In this document: in pieces, positions 7,597-10,609 of the stretch | Position numbering within the stretch: the first letter of the stretch is position 1 | How the letters are laid out: each line of letters opens with the position of its first letter | Program-made: the position numbers and the translations under genes | Notes under the pieces: model-generated | Told to the model about the DNA's origin: nothing | Database searches by the model: none | Seen by the model: the letters and a program-made list of their open reading frames with translations, nothing else | Source: Myxococcales bacterium | GTDB taxonomy: Bacteria > Myxococcota > Myxococcia > Myxococcales > Anaeromyxobacteraceae | Reading direction: 5' to 3' | Assembly: GCA_038320275.1 (NCBI GenBank) | Contig: JBBQEB010000134.1 | Span: forward strand, 1 to 10,609 | DNA length: 10,609 bases

Positions 7597-10392
7597 ATGT
7601 CGAACGTGAAGCGCATCTACGCCTTCGGCGGCGGAAAGGCCGAGGGAAGCAAGGACATGAAGGACCTGCTCGGAGGGAAGGGGGCGGGCGTCGCCGAGAT
7701 GTCGAGCATCGGGCTTCTCGTGCCGCCCGGCTTCACCATCACCACCGACGTCTGCGGGCTCTTCTACGAGAACGGCAAGAGGCTGCCCGAGGACCTGCTC
7801 CCCGGCATCGCCGCCGCCCTGGGCAAGATGGAGGCGCTCACCAGGAAGCGCTTCCGCGATCCCTCGAACCCGCTGCTCGTGTCCGTCCGCTCCGGCGCCC
7901 GGGTCTCCATGCCCGGCATGATGGACACCGTCCTCAACCTGGGCCTCAACGACCGCACCGTGCAGGGGCTCGCCGCGCGCAGCGGCAACGAGCGCTTCGC
8001 CTGGGACAGCTACCGCCGCTTCTGCGCCATGTTCGGCGACGTGGTCCTCGGGATGAAGCCCGAGCGCAAGGAGGATCGGGATCCCTTCGACGTCATCCTC
8101 GACCGCAAGAAGGACGCGCTCGGGGTGAAGCTCGACTCGGAGCTGCCGGTGGACGCGCTGAAGGAACTGGTGGGGGAGTTCAAGGCGGAGGTGCGCCGGC
8201 GCAAGGGCATCGACTTCCCGGAGGACCCCATGGCGCAGCTCACCGCCGCCATCGAGGCCGTGTTCAGCTCCTGGGAGAACGAGCGCGCCATCGCCTACCG
8301 GCGCATGCACGGCATTCCCCCGCGCTGGGGCACCGCGGTCACCGTCCAGGCCATGGTGTTCGGGAACATGGGCGAGGACTCCGGCACCGGCGTCGCGTTC
8401 ACGCGCAACCCTGCCACCGGTGAGGACGAGCTCTACGGCGAGTTCCTCGTCAACGCCCAGGGCGAGGACGTCGTCGCAGGCATCCGCACGCCCCAGCTCA
8501 TCTCGGAGCTGGAAGCCCGCTTCCCGGTCGTCGCGCGCCAGCTCGAGGACGCGCGCCTGAAGCTCGAGCGCCACTACCGCGACATGCAGGACATCGAGTT
8601 CACCATCGAGCAGGGCAGGCTCTACCTGCTCCAGACGCGCTCGGGGAAGCGCACCGGGCCGGCGGCGGTGCGCATCGCGGTCGAGCTGACCGAGGCGAAG
8701 CTCATCACGCGCGAGGAGGCGCTGCTGCGGGTCGAGCCGGCGGCGCTCGACCACCTCCTGAGGCCGGTGTTCGACCTGCGGGCGCGCGCCGAGGCGGTGA
8801 CCTCCGGGCGGCTGCTCGCGAAGGGGCTCCCCGCCGGGCCGGGGGCGGCCAGCGGACGCATCGTCTTCTTCGCCGAGGATGCCATCGCGTGGAAGGAGCG
8901 GGGCGAGCGGGTGGTGCTCGTTCGACACGAGACCTCGCCCGAGGACATCTCCGGGATGGCGGCGGCGGAGGGCTTCCTCACCGCCTTCGGCGGCATGACC
9001 TCGCACGCGGCCCTCGTCGCGCGGCAGATGGGCAAGGTTGCCATCGTCGGGTGCGACGCGCTCGCCTTCGACTACCACGCACGCACCATGACCGTCTCCG
9101 CGCCGTCGGGCCCGCGCACCTTCTCCGAGGGAGACTTGATCTCCATCGACGGCAGCACCGGCGAGGTGATCGACGGCGAGCTCGGGACCATGCCGTCCGA
9201 GGTGCAGCAGGTGCTGGTGGAGAAGGCGCTGGCACCGCAGGACGCGCCCATGTACCAGCGCTTCGCGAAGCTCCTGCGCTGGGCCGACGTGGCGCGGAAG
9301 CTCGACGTGCGCGCCAACGCCGACAGCCCGGCGCAGGCGGCGGCGGCGGTCGCCTTCGGTGCCCAGGGCATCGGGCTCTGCCGGACGGAGCACATGTTCT
9401 TCGGCGAGGGCAAGATCGGGCCGATGCGCGAGATGATCCTGGCGGCCCGCGAGGAGGAGCGCCGGGCCGCGCTCGCGAAGCTCCTGCCGCTTCAGCGGGC
9501 CGACTTCGCCGGGATCTTCCGCGCCATGGGCTCGCGGCCCGTCACGATCCGCACCATCGATCCACCTCTTCACGAGTTCCTTCCGCAGGATGACGAAGGC
9601 GTCGCCGAGCTGGCCCGGGCCATCGGGCGCACCGGCGCGGAGGTGCGGGCGCGCATGGAGGAGCTGCACGAGACCAATCCCATGCTCGGCCACCGCGGCT
9701 GCCGGCTCGGGATCTCCTATCCGGAGATCACGGAGATGCAGGCCACCGCCATCTTCGAGGCCGCCTGCGACGTCGCCGCCGAGGGGGTGGACGTGAGGCC
9801 GGAGGTGATGATCCCGCTCGTGGGATCGAAGCGCGAGCTCGCGCACCAGGCGCGCATCGTGCGCGAGGTGGCGGCGCAGGTGTTCGCGCGCCGTGAATGC
9901 TCCGTGAAGTTCACCGTCGGAACCATGATCGAGGTGCCCCGGGCCGCGCTGCGGGCGGGCGAGATCGCGGAGGAGGCCGACTTCTTCTCCTTCGGGACGA
10001 ACGACCTCACCCAGACCACCTTCGGCCTCTCGCGCGACGACGTGGGCCCCGTCCTCCAGAGTTACCTCCGCAAGGACATCTACGGCGCCGACCCGTTCGT
10101 CACGCTCGATCGCGACGGGGTGGGGGAGCTCATGCGCATCGCGGTGGAGCGCGGCCGCGCGCGGCGGCCCGGCATGAAGGTCGGCATCTGCGGCGAGCAC
10201 GGCGGCGATCCCGCGTCGGTGACCTTCTGCCACGAGCTCGGGCTCGACTACGTCTCCTGCTCGCCCTTCCGGCTCCCCATCGCGAGGCTCGCCGCGGCCC
10301 AGGCCGCCCTTCGCGCGACCGCGACCGCGGCGTTGCGAGAGGTGCGCCCCCATGCGGCTGGCGCCCACGGAGACTCGGCGCGGACGGGGTGA
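7597..10392 (+). CDS. ppdK: Pyruvate, phosphate dikinase (931 aa)
   Basis: LLGGKGA, VPPGFTITT, LLVSVRSGARVSMPGMMDTVLNLGLN, QAMVFGNMG, SGTGVAFTRNP, NAQGEDVVAGIRTP, DMQDIEFTIE, phospho-His motif GGMTSHAALVAR (His at 9004-9006), GIGLCRTEHMFF, NPMLGHRGCRL, FSFGTNDLTQ, GICGEHGGDP, YVSCSPFR. SD-like GAGGA upstream. Confidence 0.98.
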   Translation: MSNVKRIYAFGGGKAEGSKDMKDLLGGKGAGVAEMSSIGLLVPPGFTITTDVCGLFYENGKRLPEDLLPGIAAALGKMEALTRKRFRDPSNPLLVSVRSGARVSMPGMMDTVLNLGLNDRTVQGLAARSGNERFAWDSYRRFCAMFGDVVLGMKPERKEDRDPFDVILDRKKDALGVKLDSELPVDALKELVGEFKAEVRRRKGIDFPEDPMAQLTAAIEAVFSSWENERAIAYRRMHGIPPRWGTAVTVQAMVFGNMGEDSGTGVAFTRNPATGEDELYGEFLVNAQGEDVVAGIRTPQLISELEARFPVVARQLEDARLKLERHYRDMQDIEFTIEQGRLYLLQTRSGKRTGPAAVRIAVELTEAKLITREEALLRVEPAALDHLLRPVFDLRARAEAVTSGRLLAKGLPAGPGAASGRIVFFAEDAIAWKERGERVVLVRHETSPEDISGMAAAEGFLTAFGGMTSHAALVARQMGKVAIVGCDALAFDYHARTMTVSAPSGPRTFSEGDLISIDGSTGEVIDGELGTMPSEVQQVLVEKALAPQDAPMYQRFAKLLRWADVARKLDVRANADSPAQAAAAVAFGAQGIGLCRTEHMFFGEGKIGPMREMILAAREEERRAALAKLLPLQRADFAGIFRAMGSRPVTIRTIDPPLHEFLPQDDEGVAELARAIGRTGAEVRARMEELHETNPMLGHRGCRLGISYPEITEMQATAIFEAACDVAAEGVDVRPEVMIPLVGSKRELAHQARIVREVAAQVFARRECSVKFTVGTMIEVPRAALRAGEIAEEADFFSFGTNDLTQTTFGLSRDDVGPVLQSYLRKDIYGADPFVTLDRDGVGELMRIAVERGRARRPGMKVGICGEHGGDPASVTFCHELGLDYVSCSPFRLPIARLAAAQAALRATATAALREVRPHAAGAHGDSARTG

Positions 10393-10412
10393 AGGGGGGG
10401 TCCCTGGAGGCC

Positions 10413-10446
10413 GCCGGGCCCGTCGCGGGCGACTGGCCCGGTGTTT
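10413..10446 (+). terminator. GC-rich hairpin after ppdK; possible intrinsic terminator or 3' stabilising stem
   Basis: GCCGGGCC-C-GTCG (10413-10425), loop CGGG, CGAC-T-GGCCCGGT (10430-10442): 12 pairs (one G-U) with one C/T mismatch, followed by a weak GTTT tract, 20 nt after the ppdK stop. Confidence 0.55.
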
Positions 10447-10487
10447 GCTGTATGCGTGAAGAACGTCCAGCCGTGACCGACGTTTTT

Positions 10488-10516
10488 TTGACGCCACGGT
10501 ACGTCACCGCCACACT
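10488..10516 (+). promoter_or_regulatory. Putative sigma70-like promoter with an overlapping palindrome, upstream of the right-edge gene
   Basis: TTGACG (10488-10493), 17 nt, CACACT (10511-10516), preceded by a T-tract. The inverted repeat TGACG-N8-CGTCA (10489-10506) covers the -35 and spacer. Confidence 0.5.
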
Positions 10517-10525
10517 CCGACCGCC

Positions 10526-10609
10526 GTGATATCGCCCAAGCTCATCGTCCCCTGGCTCGTCGCCCTCTGCGCCGCCCTCATCGGCGTGGTGGCCCTCACG
10601 TCTCATCCG
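10526..10609 (+). CDS. 5' end of a probable membrane-anchored or exported protein (partial, runs off the right edge)
   Basis: GTG at 10526 opens MISPKLIVPWLVALCAALIGVVALTSHP..., a Lys followed by about 19 hydrophobic residues, with mostly G/C third positions. It lies just downstream of the promoter-like element. Only 28 codons are visible. Confidence 0.5.
   Translation, partial: MISPKLIVPWLVALCAALIGVVALTSHP

Noticed and set aside
7161..7609. Track ORFs 7161..7403 and 7247..7609 as independent small proteins
   Set aside because: Better explained as frame fragments of the PP-loop pseudogene plus read-through into intergenic DNA.
7672..7702. PPDK N-terminal motif GGKGAGVAEM instead of GGKGANLAEM
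   Set aside because: The catalytic Lys and all other motifs are intact; to my recollection Gly at this position occurs in other bacterial PPDKs.
6922..10497. 1191-aa minus-strand ORF
   Set aside because: Antisense shadow of ppdK caused by GC3 codon bias; no recognisable motifs.

Overview
Very high-GC bacterial chromosomal segment. Gene content and style suggest Myxococcota, probably Anaeromyxobacter-like (inference only). It is mostly housekeeping: a minus-strand panD-trpE-trpG(partial) cluster; a divergent ~867-aa protein whose C-terminal half looks like a catalytically degenerate class III nucleotide-cyclase fold; a minus-strand pair encoding a small outer-membrane beta-barrel-like protein and a tandem two-domain DsbA-family oxidoreductase; an intact tusA-family sulfur carrier translationally coupled to a collapsed, multiply frameshifted PP-loop (SGGLDS) tRNA-thiolase-like pseudogene that the ORF track does not show; ppdK with a downstream hairpin; and the start of a gene with a hydrophobic N-terminus at the right edge. 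Four genes have sigma70-like -35/-10 pairs placed so that transcripts would be leaderless or nearly so. I found no mobile element, CRISPR array, tRNA or rRNA, and no clear new multi-gene system. The best leads are the pseudo-cyclase, the tusA-pseudogene pair and the leaderless promoters.
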